Source: a virus
Lineage: Duplodnaviria; Caudoviricetes
IMG/VR virus record: IMGVR_UViG_3300028048_000091
Location: 42,705 to 106,704 of that record
Length of the DNA stretch: 64,000 nt
Strand: one strand, 5' to 3'
The translations under genes were made by a program, and so were the position numbers. The notes beneath the pieces were generated by a model. That model was not told where the DNA came from. It worked only from the letters and a program-made list of their open reading frames with translations, and ran no database searches. This document shows, piece after piece, positions 18,622-28,733 of the stretch; positions within the stretch are counted from its first letter, which is position 1; the number at the start of each line of letters is the position of its first letter.

Positions 18622-19196
18622 GCGGCCTCCTTATTTTCTTCCCTATTATTATTAATAATGTATGCTATAGCATCTTTCAAGGAATTAACCCTCTTATACT
18701 TCTTTGAAACATTCCTATTATACGGGGTATCAACAACAATCTTCTTGGATTTATCACGTTTATCCATAATAAATTCAGGATTATCATCTATAAGGTAATC
18801 ACCCTTAATCATCCACTTATCTTTGGTGAAGCATATATCATCGTATCTTATACCATGCACATCAAGAAACCTAAGTGTGTGCATTATGTTTTCCAAATTG
18901 AACTGCCATGTAACGATGACAACTTTGTGGCCATTACTACGTAAAGTATCAATTGCTTCCTTAATTCCTTCAAATGGCTGACTTACATAAAGAAATATAT
19001 CATCAGCATGCTCTCTGAAAAAATAATCAGTTGGTTTCATGCCGGTTTTCTCCGCAATTGCATGGAAATTGGTATTTATATCATAATCAACTATGTCATC
19101 AGAACATAGATTACCCCCAAATTTCTTATTATAAATCTGGCACATTGCTGTGATAATATCCCGTATCACGCCATCAACATCAATCTTAACTACCAT
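18618..19196 (-). CDS. 5'(3')-deoxyribonucleotidase, HAD/NT5C family
   Basis: IDVDGVIRD, IVT, LIDDNP and PYN motifs. Confidence 0.85.
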   Translation of the reverse strand: MVVKIDVDGVIRDIITAMCQIYNKKFGGNLCSDDIVDYDINTNFHAIAEKTGMKPTDYFFREHADDIFLYVSQPFEGIKEAIDTLRSNGHKVVIVTWQFNLENIMHTLRFLDVHGIRYDDICFTKDKWMIKGDYLIDDNPEFIMDKRDKSKKIVVDTPYNRNVSKKYKRVNSLKDAIAYIINNNREENKEAA

Positions 19197-19404
19197 AGTT
19201 TAAACCATTTAATTCTAAATACTGTTTATACATAGAAAGTACAAATTCTTCGTCATTAAACCCTTCTACTAGTCTATTATGTAAACCAAGTAAAAATTCC
19301 GCTGTTTTTGGGTCTGCTACTGCATACCTCTTCGCAAACTCTAAACGTTCTGCCTTAATAGCAGCATCCTTATATTCAGATAATGTATAAATCATATTTT
19401 TCAA
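19186..19404 (-). CDS. Hypothetical protein
   Basis: Packed ORF. Confidence 0.55.
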   Translation of the reverse strand: MKNMIYTLSEYKDAAIKAERLEFAKRYAVADPKTAEFLLGLHNRLVEGFNDEEFVLSMYKQYLELNGLNYGS

Positions 19405-19676
19405 GGTTTTGAATATAGTTTAGACGGATTGATTTTTGGCATCTCAGTACCATAATCAAGTATTTTGAAAACAATGTTCTTATCGCCCATTTCATCTTTA
19501 GCGGATTTAAGATACTCTTTACATTCTGCCTTATCATCAAAAATCAACACAGCATCTTCACCAACAAGTGTATAAGCATTAGATGATAACTTCTTACTAA
19601 GTTCAGTCTCATCTGCTTCCTTTACTCGTACCTTCTTACGAATACCAATACAATAATAGTTCTTTTCTTTCTCCAT
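19401..19676 (-). CDS. Hypothetical protein
   Basis: Start MEKEKN downstream of the promoter at 19702. Confidence 0.6.
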   Translation of the reverse strand: MEKEKNYYCIGIRKKVRVKEADETELSKKLSSNAYTLVGEDAVLIFDDKAECKEYLKSAKDEMGDKNIVFKILDYGTEMPKINPSKLYSKP

Positions 19677-19701
19677 TACTTTTTTGTTTAGATTTCTGCT
19701 G

Positions 19702-19756
19702 CAAAAGTACAAATAATTTTTATGCTGACAAAATTATTTTAGTTAAATAATGTTAA
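19702..19756 (-). promoter_or_regulatory. Bacteroidetes housekeeping promoter
   Basis: TTTG-N19-TACTTTTG with TTAAC repeat. Confidence 0.8.
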
Positions 19757-20529
19757 ACGGGTAATTTTTCATATATTTCAGGTAATGAAACCCTTGTAAA
19801 TGTTCCCCTAATGTCATTGGGGTCATAATTGAATAATTCATTTATCCTAAACCTATATCCATTACCGTTCTTAACCCATGTTATCTCACCTGTGGCCTTA
19901 TCCTTTACATAAATGGCATAATATGTCTTGAAACCTAAATTCTTATAGGCATCCTCATATTTCTTACAGAGATTTATCCTGTCTGACTGTACATCACTCC
20001 TATTGGATTTAAAGAATGAAATTGGCTTAATCTGAATGGCAGATATTCTACCGTCACCCCTTGTTACCTTGATGTCAACACCATATTCTGCATCAATCTT
20101 TCCATCAAACTTGGAACATTTATATCCCAAATTGGTTAAAAACTTAATGAAATCCCTCTCATTCTGCTGACCATCCCACGTTTCTACAATGATATGACAT
20201 AAGGCATCATAGAAATATACCGACACATCATAGTTTACTTTAATCTTTTCCTCTACAATCTTCTTGTAACGTTCAGCCAATGAAAACAGTTCATCATAAC
20301 TTAATCCTTTCTTTGAAATAGGTAACTCCGAGTGTAATCTACCGTATTCTATATACTTGTTATAGAAATCCTCACAACTTTCTGGTTTCAATACCCTATA
20401 TAAATTAGTACAGTTACCAATCCTATTACTTGGTGCGAAATAATTACGCCAAATGGTACTTATTATACTGTTCTTTCCTAATAATGCCTTAGAATTAAGG
20501 CACTCTTCCTTATTAAATAATAATTGCAT
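19753..20529 (-). CDS. MjaI-like PD-(D/E)xK restriction endonuclease-fold protein
   Basis: ETWDG...E, IDAEYGVD...IQIKPISF. Confidence 0.65.
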   Translation of the reverse strand: MQLLFNKEECLNSKALLGKNSIISTIWRNYFAPSNRIGNCTNLYRVLKPESCEDFYNKYIEYGRLHSELPISKKGLSYDELFSLAERYKKIVEEKIKVNYDVSVYFYDALCHIIVETWDGQQNERDFIKFLTNLGYKCSKFDGKIDAEYGVDIKVTRGDGRISAIQIKPISFFKSNRSDVQSDRINLCKKYEDAYKNLGFKTYYAIYVKDKATGEITWVKNGNGYRFRINELFNYDPNDIRGTFTRVSLPEIYEKLPV

Positions 20530-20641
20530 TTATGATAAATTTACTTTTATATTTTTATGTCACGTTGCAAAGATACTATTTTTAAACGGAATAGTGAAAA
20601 TTTTTTTGAAGTTTTTAATAAAAATATAGTGTTTTTAGAGA

Positions 20642-20666
20642 TAAACTAATATTAAATATTAGTTTA
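20642..20666. promoter_or_regulatory. 25-bp palindrome centred on TATTAAATA
   Basis: TAAACTAATATT-A-AATATTAGTTTA, 12 nt upstream of the ATG. Confidence 0.6.
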
Positions 20667-20678
20667 ACTGGGAAAATT

Positions 20679-21506
20679 ATGTTAAGAAATAGAATATTAA
20701 TATCAGGTACAAAACAATTACAATTGACTCTGGGAAGTTACTCATATAGTGCAACACCGGCATCAGGCAGTACAACAGTTTATGCATACTATGGAGGTGT
20801 ACCAATCACCGATTTAACATCATCAATGGTTTCAAAATCAGGAAATATGTCAAGTGTCTCGGTTAATTCATCAGGAAAAATAACAATGAGTTATGCTAAA
20901 AATACAAGCACAACATCCACGAAAACAGGTACAATGACGCTTACATACCAAGGGCAAACTGTAACATTTACTATAACGCAAGCCAAAGATTACGTAGCAA
21001 GTACAACGTCAAGTACATCTACCGAGGAAGTAAATAGTATTTTTAATACGGGCAGTGTTTCTAGTTGGGCAGTTACAATGACCCAAACATCAAACGGATA
21101 TGAAAATAATGCTTTATCCGGTGCTAAATTATATGATGTAAAAGAAACAACTACATATTATAATGTATATGCAAGTGGTAATAAAGTTAAAACAAGTTCC
21201 TCTTCAAAAACAAAAGAGACTGTTACTGCTAATATTCCGGCAGGTTTTTTTACTACTGCCTCAGCACCATCAGGTAGCTACGTTACATTAGTAAGCACTA
21301 GTAAAACAATCAAAACAAACACTAATAAGGATTTTAGTATATCTGCTAGTGGCAGTAGTACCACTTTTTATTTGGAAATAGTTAAGACTGATGAGACATG
21401 TACAAAAACGGTAAAACTTGGTGTGTACAATAGTTCATCTTTGCCTACCAGTTTTACTGCCAAAATCCATGCAGATAGTACTATTGGCCATTGTAACTTT
21501 GGTTAA
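20679..21506 (+). CDS. Ser/Thr-rich beta-sandwich (BACON/Ig-like) putative virion adhesin
   Basis: N.S...KTGTMTLT...TVTFTITQA BACON-like end; very S/T-rich. Confidence 0.6.
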   Translation: MLRNRILISGTKQLQLTLGSYSYSATPASGSTTVYAYYGGVPITDLTSSMVSKSGNMSSVSVNSSGKITMSYAKNTSTTSTKTGTMTLTYQGQTVTFTITQAKDYVASTTSSTSTEEVNSIFNTGSVSSWAVTMTQTSNGYENNALSGAKLYDVKETTTYYNVYASGNKVKTSSSSKTKETVTANIPAGFFTTASAPSGSYVTLVSTSKTIKTNTNKDFSISASGSSTTFYLEIVKTDETCTKTVKLGVYNSSSLPTSFTAKIHADSTIGHCNFG

Positions 21507-21562
21507 ATATGGCATATTTTAGTTTCTTCTCTCAAAAATTTAGTATATATTTTAAAACGATT

Positions 21563-21596
21563 AAATGGTCAAGCGTAGTGAACTTGACCATTTTTA
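21563..21596. terminator. Bidirectional intrinsic terminator
   Basis: AAATGGTCAAG...CTTGACCATTTTT. Confidence 0.75.
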
Positions 21597-21600
21597 TTAT

Positions 21601-22356
21601 TTATTTTATTTCCCAAACTTTACCTTCAAACACATAATCTTTGCATTCTTGGAGTTTAGTTAAAAGGTTTGTTTTAACATCTCTCTTTGGGTCTTTTCTC
21701 AAAACCCAGAAGTCACTTGTATATTTACGTGCATGTTGTTGCTTCTTTATTTTTGATGCTGATATAAGTCGTGCTTTTGCTTCTAATGAGAACACATCAT
21801 GTATATACAAACCGGCATCAGCAGCACAAACAGCAGAAAACACTGAAAGTAAATGTTGTAAGCCACCTGATACTGAATTCTGCATTTTCCATACCAATAT
21901 TCCATTTGGTTTTAATACACGCTTACATTCATTTATCCACCAATATATATTCTCATATCCCTCTTGCATTGGATACCAACTTGAAAATCTATTTGAAATA
22001 AGATTTGAGCCTTCTTTCTTTTCTACTACTGACTTACAAGTTTTAGGCGAACAAACAAATGGCAAATCACATACAATTGATGATACACTATTATCTTCAA
22101 GTGGTAATTTATTAAATGGCGTAATCTTAATGATTTCATCCCTCATTGGAAATACATCCATCAATATTTTAGGTACAGGTATTTCATACTTATTACCTTG
22201 ACGTTTGCCATAGAATTTTAGTTCAGATGCAGTGATATCACATTCAAATGGCTCTCCATCATTATATAAATCCATTATCCATTTAAGAATTTCTGATTGG
22301 TCTGTACTGATATTCTTAATAACATTGGAGTTATTCAATTTTTGTTCTTTATCCAT
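21601..22356 (-). CDS. Putative DNA amino-methyltransferase
   Basis: LPLEDNSVSSIVCDLPF, ECKRVLKPNGILVWK and QQHARK motifs. Confidence 0.7.
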   Translation of the reverse strand: MDKEQKLNNSNVIKNISTDQSEILKWIMDLYNDGEPFECDITASELKFYGKRQGNKYEIPVPKILMDVFPMRDEIIKITPFNKLPLEDNSVSSIVCDLPFVCSPKTCKSVVEKKEGSNLISNRFSSWYPMQEGYENIYWWINECKRVLKPNGILVWKMQNSVSGGLQHLLSVFSAVCAADAGLYIHDVFSLEAKARLISASKIKKQQHARKYTSDFWVLRKDPKRDVKTNLLTKLQECKDYVFEGKVWEIK

Positions 22357-22365
22357 ATTTCTTTT

Positions 22366-22848
22366 TTAAAAAATTGTCGTTTTTGCTTTACAATGACTAC
22401 ATGCTTCAGTGAACTGTTCTTCTGTTAATATATGAAAACCAAATATTTCGCAAAACTTCTTTTGTTCCTCGGTTGGGAAACCATAGTAACGTTTTGCTAA
22501 TATACCGGATAGATAATTAGTATTAAACATAGAAGAGAATACGATATAATACATCAATGTTTTATCTATCTCAATGTCTTCCTTTTTCCTTTTCTCTGCC
22601 AATTCTTTGAAATTCCTTAAAACCTCTTCTTGTTGTGACTTTGGCTTATTATAATATCCGTTGAAATACAATAATGCCTTATATGCACTTATATCTGCAT
22701 TCTTTGTGGCTTTGAAATATTCCAAATTATGATTTATATCCTCATTGGAATATGTGTATGTTATATTGTTCTTCTTATATTCCTCTGATGCATTACAGTC
22801 CAATTGTGACTTGGCATCCTCAATGTATTCTTCAAATGTCATTTCCAT
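22366..22848 (-). CDS. Hypothetical protein
   Basis: Packed ORF. Confidence 0.6.
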   Translation of the reverse strand: MEMTFEEYIEDAKSQLDCNASEEYKKNNITYTYSNEDINHNLEYFKATKNADISAYKALLYFNGYYNKPKSQQEEVLRNFKELAEKRKKEDIEIDKTLMYYIVFSSMFNTNYLSGILAKRYYGFPTEEQKKFCEIFGFHILTEEQFTEACSHCKAKTTIF

Positions 22849-23263
22849 AAAATTGATAATCTTTTTGTTCTGATGGTTTTGGCTCTATAACTATAATATC
22901 TGTACCACAATTTGGGCAGAAAAGTGTATCACACATACTGTCATCCTTGAGTATTCCGTTTTCATCCACATCGGTTTCATCAACATCGCCCAATATTTCA
23001 GACCTCATAAAGTTATTGGTTATAATTACATAATGTCCACATTCAGTGCAATGTCCCTCATAGCCGTGATTTTCGTCTGATATAGTACATTCTTTATCAT
23101 TATTATAATAGTGATAATCTTCTCTATCCTCAATACTTGGTATATTAACTTCGTATTGTATTCCACAATAAGGGCATTGATAGAGTTTTATGCAATCATC
23201 TTCCTCATATCTTTCATCTGTGACAAGTTCAAGTTCGTGGTCACATCTAATACATTTTACCAT
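22832..23263 (-). CDS. Double zinc-ribbon protein
   Basis: Four CxxC motifs. Confidence 0.65.
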   Translation of the reverse strand: MVKCIRCDHELELVTDERYEEDDCIKLYQCPYCGIQYEVNIPSIEDREDYHYYNNDKECTISDENHGYEGHCTECGHYVIITNNFMRSEILGDVDETDVDENGILKDDSMCDTLFCPNCGTDIIVIEPKPSEQKDYQFYGNDI

Positions 23264-23274
23264 AGTTCTATATA

Positions 23275-24327
23275 TTAATTTAAAAAGAAGTTATACTCCG
23301 GTTTATTATATACTTGGAAGCCCTTTAAGAAGTCTCTAATGCCAAGTATTTTCTTACCTTTTATTTGTATTGTATTAACTGAAACAACCTCATCCCCTGA
23401 AGCATATGATGGAAGTATATACAGATATTTTTTCCAATCAGTTATGATATCAGAACCGTTATAGTGTTCTTCAATCCATTTATTATCCTTATGAACAAGG
23501 TCTGCATCATATACCTTAAAGGTTATTTCTTTCACATCATCAAAATGCCCCTCATATTCCTCATTTTCATCCTTGACCCATTTACGTATGGTAAGATTGA
23601 ATGTTGTTCCAAAATGCGGTGAGAGAGAACGTATCATATCATACAATTCCTTTGATGTATACATGTCATCACCATACATATGAAATGTTGTATTTTCCAA
23701 TGTCAATTTGGGCGCATGAAAAATCTTGCTATCTAACTTCTTGGGAATTATTGGCTGTTCAACATTTGCATAGAATTTATCATTTAAGATACTTTCTATA
23801 ATACCTTCAGCCATTATTGGTGTTTGTGATGCCAAACGTTTGAATAGCGTTTCATAATTATCATTTGGATTAATATTTATTCCATATTGACAAATTATAC
23901 CGCCGGTATCTATTTTATCGGCTAACTTGATAGCAGACAGCCCGGTTCTATTGAAACCATATCTTATTGCCCAACTAATAGGTGCTGCACCTCTAAGCAA
24001 CGGTAATAGTGATGCATGTATATTAAATGCATATTTAACCTTTTCTGTAACACACTTAGGTAAGTACTTATATGAAATAACACAATATACATTACCACTT
24101 ATATCATCAAGCCAATTAAGAAACTCCTTATCTTCAAGGCTATTTGGAATATATACGGGGATGTTACGCTGTTTGGCAATGTCATATACACGTTCAGTAC
24201 CAAATACAGGTTTGTCATTGGACGTTACAAATCCGACGACATTGTAATAGTTTGCTAAAAACTTAAATGTTTCAATTGGAAAATCCCCACTTCCGAAACA
24301 TACTATTCTTAATTCGTTTAACTCCAT
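23275..24327 (-). CDS. fmt: Methionyl-tRNA formyltransferase
   Basis: RIVCFGS, FNIHASLLPLLRGAAPI, IDTG and APKL motifs. Confidence 0.9.
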   Translation of the reverse strand: MELNELRIVCFGSGDFPIETFKFLANYYNVVGFVTSNDKPVFGTERVYDIAKQRNIPVYIPNSLEDKEFLNWLDDISGNVYCVISYKYLPKCVTEKVKYAFNIHASLLPLLRGAAPISWAIRYGFNRTGLSAIKLADKIDTGGIICQYGININPNDNYETLFKRLASQTPIMAEGIIESILNDKFYANVEQPIIPKKLDSKIFHAPKLTLENTTFHMYGDDMYTSKELYDMIRSLSPHFGTTFNLTIRKWVKDENEEYEGHFDDVKEITFKVYDADLVHKDNKWIEEHYNGSDIITDWKKYLYILPSYASGDEVVSVNTIQIKGKKILGIRDFLKGFQVYNKPEYNFFLN

Positions 24328-24365
24328 ATTTGTATTGTTTTCACTGTTATTGAAAATGGTACAAC

Positions 24366-25373
24366 TTACAGTTTTTTAAGTCCAAACTCCTCCATAAATC
24401 TACAATCTATTCCTTCGTAGATGAAATGGTAATCCTCTTCTTCCGTAGGAATGTTATTGAACAACTTATATGTCAGTGCATAATAAGGGGCAGGTACGCA
24501 AACCAATTCAATTTCATCAGTAACGAGGTTTGTCTTGGCATAGAATGTATTTCTTGGACTGCCGCTTTCCTTGCAATATAACTGATAGCCTTCAAGTCTG
24601 AAGTATTCTGTCCTTACTTCAAGACCAAGTTTAGTCTTTACTGTATTTTCAATTTCCTTTAAACGTCCGGCCATCATACCTTTACCAATCATATCAGCAA
24701 TATCGGATTCAATTACAATTTCATCATTGGCCATTGAAACAATATTCAAATCAGCACCGAAATTCTGCCAATATGTTTTCCATACCTCATTGATAAGATA
24801 TTTCTCAACGGTAATTTGTCTTGCAGGATTTCGCTTACCAAATATTACTTGTCTTGAATACTTACTTTCCTTAACATATTGCAAATCAGTATACTTACCG
24901 ATGAAGTCCTCATAGGTATCAGCACCAAGTACAATATCCTTATTGACATATTTCAATGCTTGGAAGTTAGCCTTTCTTAAATCAATTGAAAGGAATACCT
25001 TGCCAAGATTCTCCCCATTATATACATTATTGGTTGTTACCTTTGGTCTATCAGTTACATCGAACTTATCCAATTTCATCATATTGAAGTCTTGGAATGC
25101 AAAGTTCTCACCCATTGAAACAATAATATTGTCCCTTATCTGATAATAATCTTCAAGGAATTTATTAGCATCACCATCATAACGGCTGTCAATCATATCC
25201 CAAAGTGTCTTCCACTTGGTTAGTGACTTGAACTTATCCTCATACAGTTCAATGAAATAGAAGAAATACTTCTCCTTATTCATTGTGATTGGTAACTTAT
25301 AGTCACTGATAAATCGGTTAACCAACTCACGGTTATACCTTAAGTACTTTTCCTCAATCATTCTTGTATCCAT
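24366..25373 (-). CDS. Hypothetical protein with polymerase-palm-like motifs
   Basis: FLSIDLRKANF and ANDEIVI. Confidence 0.6.
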   Translation of the reverse strand: MDTRMIEEKYLRYNRELVNRFISDYKLPITMNKEKYFFYFIELYEDKFKSLTKWKTLWDMIDSRYDGDANKFLEDYYQIRDNIIVSMGENFAFQDFNMMKLDKFDVTDRPKVTTNNVYNGENLGKVFLSIDLRKANFQALKYVNKDIVLGADTYEDFIGKYTDLQYVKESKYSRQVIFGKRNPARQITVEKYLINEVWKTYWQNFGADLNIVSMANDEIVIESDIADMIGKGMMAGRLKEIENTVKTKLGLEVRTEYFRLEGYQLYCKESGSPRNTFYAKTNLVTDEIELVCVPAPYYALTYKLFNNIPTEEEDYHFIYEGIDCRFMEEFGLKKL

Positions 25374-25539
25374 CTTTTCCCCACATGATTAATCTAATAA
25401 AAATCGGCAGCATAAAACCGATAAGAAACGGCTCCCACTTAGAAGTCGGTGTGTAGCCCTCGATATCGTATATGTAATATAACAATGGTATTATAATACC
25501 GAAATCGAAGGCTATACGTTTTACATTTTTTATTTCCAT
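25354..25539 (-). CDS. Small two-TM membrane protein
   Basis: Two hydrophobic segments; first gene after a promoter. Confidence 0.5.
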   Translation of the reverse strand: MEIKNVKRIAFDFGIIIPLLYYIYDIEGYTPTSKWEPFLIGFMLPIFIRLIMWGKDGYKND

Positions 25540-25559
25540 AAAATTTACATATATAAAAT

Positions 25560-25623
25560 TTCTGTTGCAAATATACTAATTTTCTGCAACAGAACCAAAT
25601 GTTTTTTATTAAAAAATGTTAAC
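25560..25623 (-). promoter_or_regulatory. Promoter embedded in a hairpin
   Basis: TTTG-N20-TATATTTG; inverted repeat TTCTGTTGCA/TGCAACAGAA. Confidence 0.75.
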
Positions 25624-25883
25624 TACATCCAAAAATCTATGAAGTCATTGATTTCCTTCTTCAAATCTTCCTTATCAAGATAACGCTTGGGAGACAGATA
25701 TTTACCAATGGACTTTAATCCGTTAATAGCATCATCATTATCCATAAAGGCATAATTCAAGCCTTTATCAAAGGAATTAAGCCAATATAACACATTGTGA
25801 TATCCAATCTCCCCCAAAATATCATCCTCAGAAGTCTCTGCAATGAGATTTTCCAATCTTTCTCTTTGGTCTGAAAACATCAT
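25623..25883 (-). CDS. Hypothetical protein
   Basis: Packed ORF. Confidence 0.55.
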   Translation of the reverse strand: MMFSDQRERLENLIAETSEDDILGEIGYHNVLYWLNSFDKGLNYAFMDNDDAINGLKSIGKYLSPKRYLDKEDLKKEINDFIDFWM

Positions 25884-25905
25884 AATCTATAGTTTTTAAA
25901 ATTTT

Positions 25906-26115
25906 TTAATTCTGCAATCTTACACAAACATCCGGTGGCAATATCTCAAATTTCTCTTCGGCAAAACCACCATACTTTCCGAATTTAATACGAGGGCTAT
26001 CAGTGTCATTTAATACAACAACACCGGTATCTGGTTCAGTAAACAAAACAATGTAGGCCTTGTCATCAACATAGTTTCGACCAAGATAAGGATAAGTAAT
26101 TTTATTCTCTTCCAT
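25906..26115 (-). CDS. Hypothetical protein
   Basis: Packed ORF. Confidence 0.55.
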   Translation of the reverse strand: MEENKITYPYLGRNYVDDKAYIVLFTEPDTGVVVLNDTDSPRIKFGKYGGFAEEKFEILPPDVCVRLQN

Positions 26116-26131
26116 AATTTTCTAATTATTT

Positions 26132-26437
26132 TTATTTTTTATATAAATTAATGTTATCACTGAAATCTGTTGTACCAAATGTATTTGTGGTATAGGTAGT
26201 ATAGTTCATGCCATTTCGTATACGTGGACGATTTGGATTATGCATCCACATATCAGGTAATGTGCAATTACAGAAACCACTTGCATATGGATTAATCTGT
26301 GGGTTATTTAAACAGGTAGCACAGGGATAACCACTCATAGGGTCAGTGAAAATATTATTATCAAACAAACCCTCATACGGGTTTACACCAATACCCGGTT
26401 GCCCATCATCTTCAATTATGATTATTCGTTTAGCCAT
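26132..26437 (-). CDS. Hypothetical Cys-containing protein
   Basis: Start MAKRII; PCATC...GFCNCTLP. Confidence 0.55.
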   Translation of the reverse strand: MAKRIIIIEDDGQPGIGVNPYEGLFDNNIFTDPMSGYPCATCLNNPQINPYASGFCNCTLPDMWMHNPNRPRIRNGMNYTTYTTNTFGTTDFSDNINLYKK

Positions 26438-26441
26438 ATTA

Positions 26442-26906
26442 TTAATTTGAAATATATTCTTTATATGTCTTTGACACAATACCACCATTAGCGGTTGGAT
26501 ACTTTGCCTTGACAATTGTCATAATATCCTTCATGTCCTTCATTGTCAACATATAACTATCACCTTTTGAAGTTTTAAAGGTATCAGCAGCCTCCTTGGT
26601 ATATGCAATAATTTCTTCCTCTGATGCTTCCTTTGGCAAGTATGAATTGATTACTTCCAATTCTTTCTTTTCATTCTCAGCCAAGTCAGCACGGCCACCT
26701 TTCTCGTATTGTTCGATTGAATCCTTACGCTGTGCAGCCATCTTCATCAATACCTTAAACTGCTCATCCTCGGACAGTTCCTTTGATGCACGGTTAGGCT
26801 CTGTCTGCTTCTTTAAAAACTCTGCCTTAATTAACTTTAAGACATTAAGCAACTCTCTGTTCTTCTGATGCATTGCATCCTTAATCAATTCGTCAATCTG
26901 TATCAT
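26442..26906 (-). CDS. yqeY: GatB/YqeY domain protein
   Basis: KDAM, QRKDSIEQYEKGGRADLAENEKKELEVINSYLP. Confidence 0.9.
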   Translation of the reverse strand: MIQIDELIKDAMHQKNRELLNVLKLIKAEFLKKQTEPNRASKELSEDEQFKVLMKMAAQRKDSIEQYEKGGRADLAENEKKELEVINSYLPKEASEEEIIAYTKEAADTFKTSKGDSYMLTMKDMKDIMTIVKAKYPTANGGIVSKTYKEYISN

Positions 26907-26910
26907 TTCT

Positions 26911-28356
26911 TTACTTCATTTTATATCCTTTAATATGTTTTAATAATGTCTCTTTATCAATTTTAGGGTTATTGAATGCTAATTTCAAGGCATAATCAAG
27001 ACATTCTTTAACTTCTCTACCAGGTTTCAACCCCTTGATAGCCATTACATCATTTCCGTCAATAGGTAATCTATATCCGGACATGTCAGTGTTTTCCTCA
27101 ATCATTTCAGCAGTCCTATCATCAATTAAACGACATTGGTTATTAAAACAATACTCCGGAGCATGTGCCTTGTTATCTGCATCAATCAATGACAAAAGCA
27201 TTGCATAATACTTATTGCCACACTCATATTGGAGTTTACGAAGTGACTTATCTTTCATGTGTGAACAGTCATCACCCCAATTCTTAGTTCTCATGTGATT
27301 CTTAACCAAGAACTGTACATCCTTAATGAATTCATTTGAATATTTCAAACGTCTTAGAATGGTTTCACATAAGTCAACAGATGCCAACTCATGCTGATAG
27401 AAATGGACATTACCATTTTCATCAACAGTTTTTGTCTTAATCTTACCGATATCATGCAGTAATGCGGCCATCCGTAGAGCCAACTTGCCATTAATGGTAA
27501 AAGCACCATAATATAAACAATCATTCGTTACATTATCCAATACTTTGAGAGTATGCTCGAAAACAGTACCAAAATGATATTTGTTCTGTTTCATTCCAAA
27601 TGTTTCTTCCAACTCTGGGATAACATATTTCATTGCCCCAATATCTTTAAGCAACTTCATTGCACATACAGGGTCTTTACATAAAAGCATCTTATTCAAT
27701 TCATCCGCAATACGTTCCTTGGTAATGATAGACAATCTATCGACATTGAAATACATACCTTTAAGGGTCGTTTCCTCTATATACCAATCAGTTGACTCAC
27801 CATGAAATCTTGAGAAAAAACGCACACACCTCAAAATTCTCAAAGGGTCATCACAATAGACAATATCAGGTGTTGAAGTAACCCTAATACGATGTTCATT
27901 TATGTCTTTTAAGCCATTCCCGGTTATGTCAATTAACTCTTCTTTACTTATATTCCATAACAATGAGTTAATTGTTAAATCCCTACGCATTACATCTTCT
28001 TCGAGTGTACCGTATGCAGTTTCCGGATTCCTACTACTTTCATCATGATACTGTTCTTTCCTTGTCTGAACACATTCTATCTCAACATCGGGAAAAGATG
28101 CAAGTTTGAACATGGCAGTACCATATGTGGGATATGTAACAACAGAACCAAAAGTGAAATGGTTTTTCTCCATCCACTCAGCAAACTTTAACCCTCCGTT
28201 TTCTTTGGTAATCACGAGGTCAATGTCCTTCACATCGTTACCCATAACCATATCACGGACAGCACCTCCTACTGAATATACGTTATTCTCCCATTCACTA
28301 CCGGCAATGATAGTCTTTAAATGATTTAATATTTCCTTATATTTCTCTATTCTCAT
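26911..28356 (-). CDS. cca: CCA tRNA nucleotidyltransferase with HD domain
   Basis: VGGAVRD..KDID, EEDVMRRDLTIN, DDPLRILR, ERIADE and LLHDIGK motifs. Confidence 0.9.
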   Translation of the reverse strand: MRIEKYKEILNHLKTIIAGSEWENNVYSVGGAVRDMVMGNDVKDIDLVITKENGGLKFAEWMEKNHFTFGSVVTYPTYGTAMFKLASFPDVEIECVQTRKEQYHDESSRNPETAYGTLEEDVMRRDLTINSLLWNISKEELIDITGNGLKDINEHRIRVTSTPDIVYCDDPLRILRCVRFFSRFHGESTDWYIEETTLKGMYFNVDRLSIITKERIADELNKMLLCKDPVCAMKLLKDIGAMKYVIPELEETFGMKQNKYHFGTVFEHTLKVLDNVTNDCLYYGAFTINGKLALRMAALLHDIGKIKTKTVDENGNVHFYQHELASVDLCETILRRLKYSNEFIKDVQFLVKNHMRTKNWGDDCSHMKDKSLRKLQYECGNKYYAMLLSLIDADNKAHAPEYCFNNQCRLIDDRTAEMIEENTDMSGYRLPIDGNDVMAIKGLKPGREVKECLDYALKLAFNNPKIDKETLLKHIKGYKMK

Positions 28357-28733
28357 ATAATCTTATCTTCTAATAATTCACAAATTACTTCAAAAGCCGC
28401 ATCTAATGTAGTATTAGCTTCGACTGAATATATGGATGGCCACATCGTCGTTAATCTTGGATAATGAACTAATTTGTGTGTAACTAACAATCTATATGGC
28501 GTATTATCCTCTTTAATAGTAATTTCATATGGCATTAAATCCAATAAAGCAGAAAGACTCCACGCAGGAATCATATCTTTTAAAGAGTATGGATATGGCA
28601 CATCTTTTGGAACACAATACCATCGCTCATCATGCCATCTATACAGCATATCAGCCGTAGTAACATCAACCCCTAACTCTATTAGTTTCTTGGACTGTTC
28701 AATATCTGTACAATTTTTACTGGTATTCTTCAT
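28353..28733 (-). CDS. Phage protein, QSKKL...AWSLxALL family
   Basis: Paralog of 5365-5766. Confidence 0.7.
   Translation of the reverse strand: MKNTSKNCTDIEQSKKLIELGVDVTTADMLYRWHDERWYCVPKDVPYPYSLKDMIPAWSLSALLDLMPYEITIKEDNTPYRLLVTHKLVHYPRLTTMWPSIYSVEANTTLDAAFEVICELLEDKII

Noticed and set aside
21641-22201. Plus-strand ORFs antisense to real genes (this one and many similar)
   Set aside because: Shadow frames of motif-bearing minus-strand genes with no independent signals
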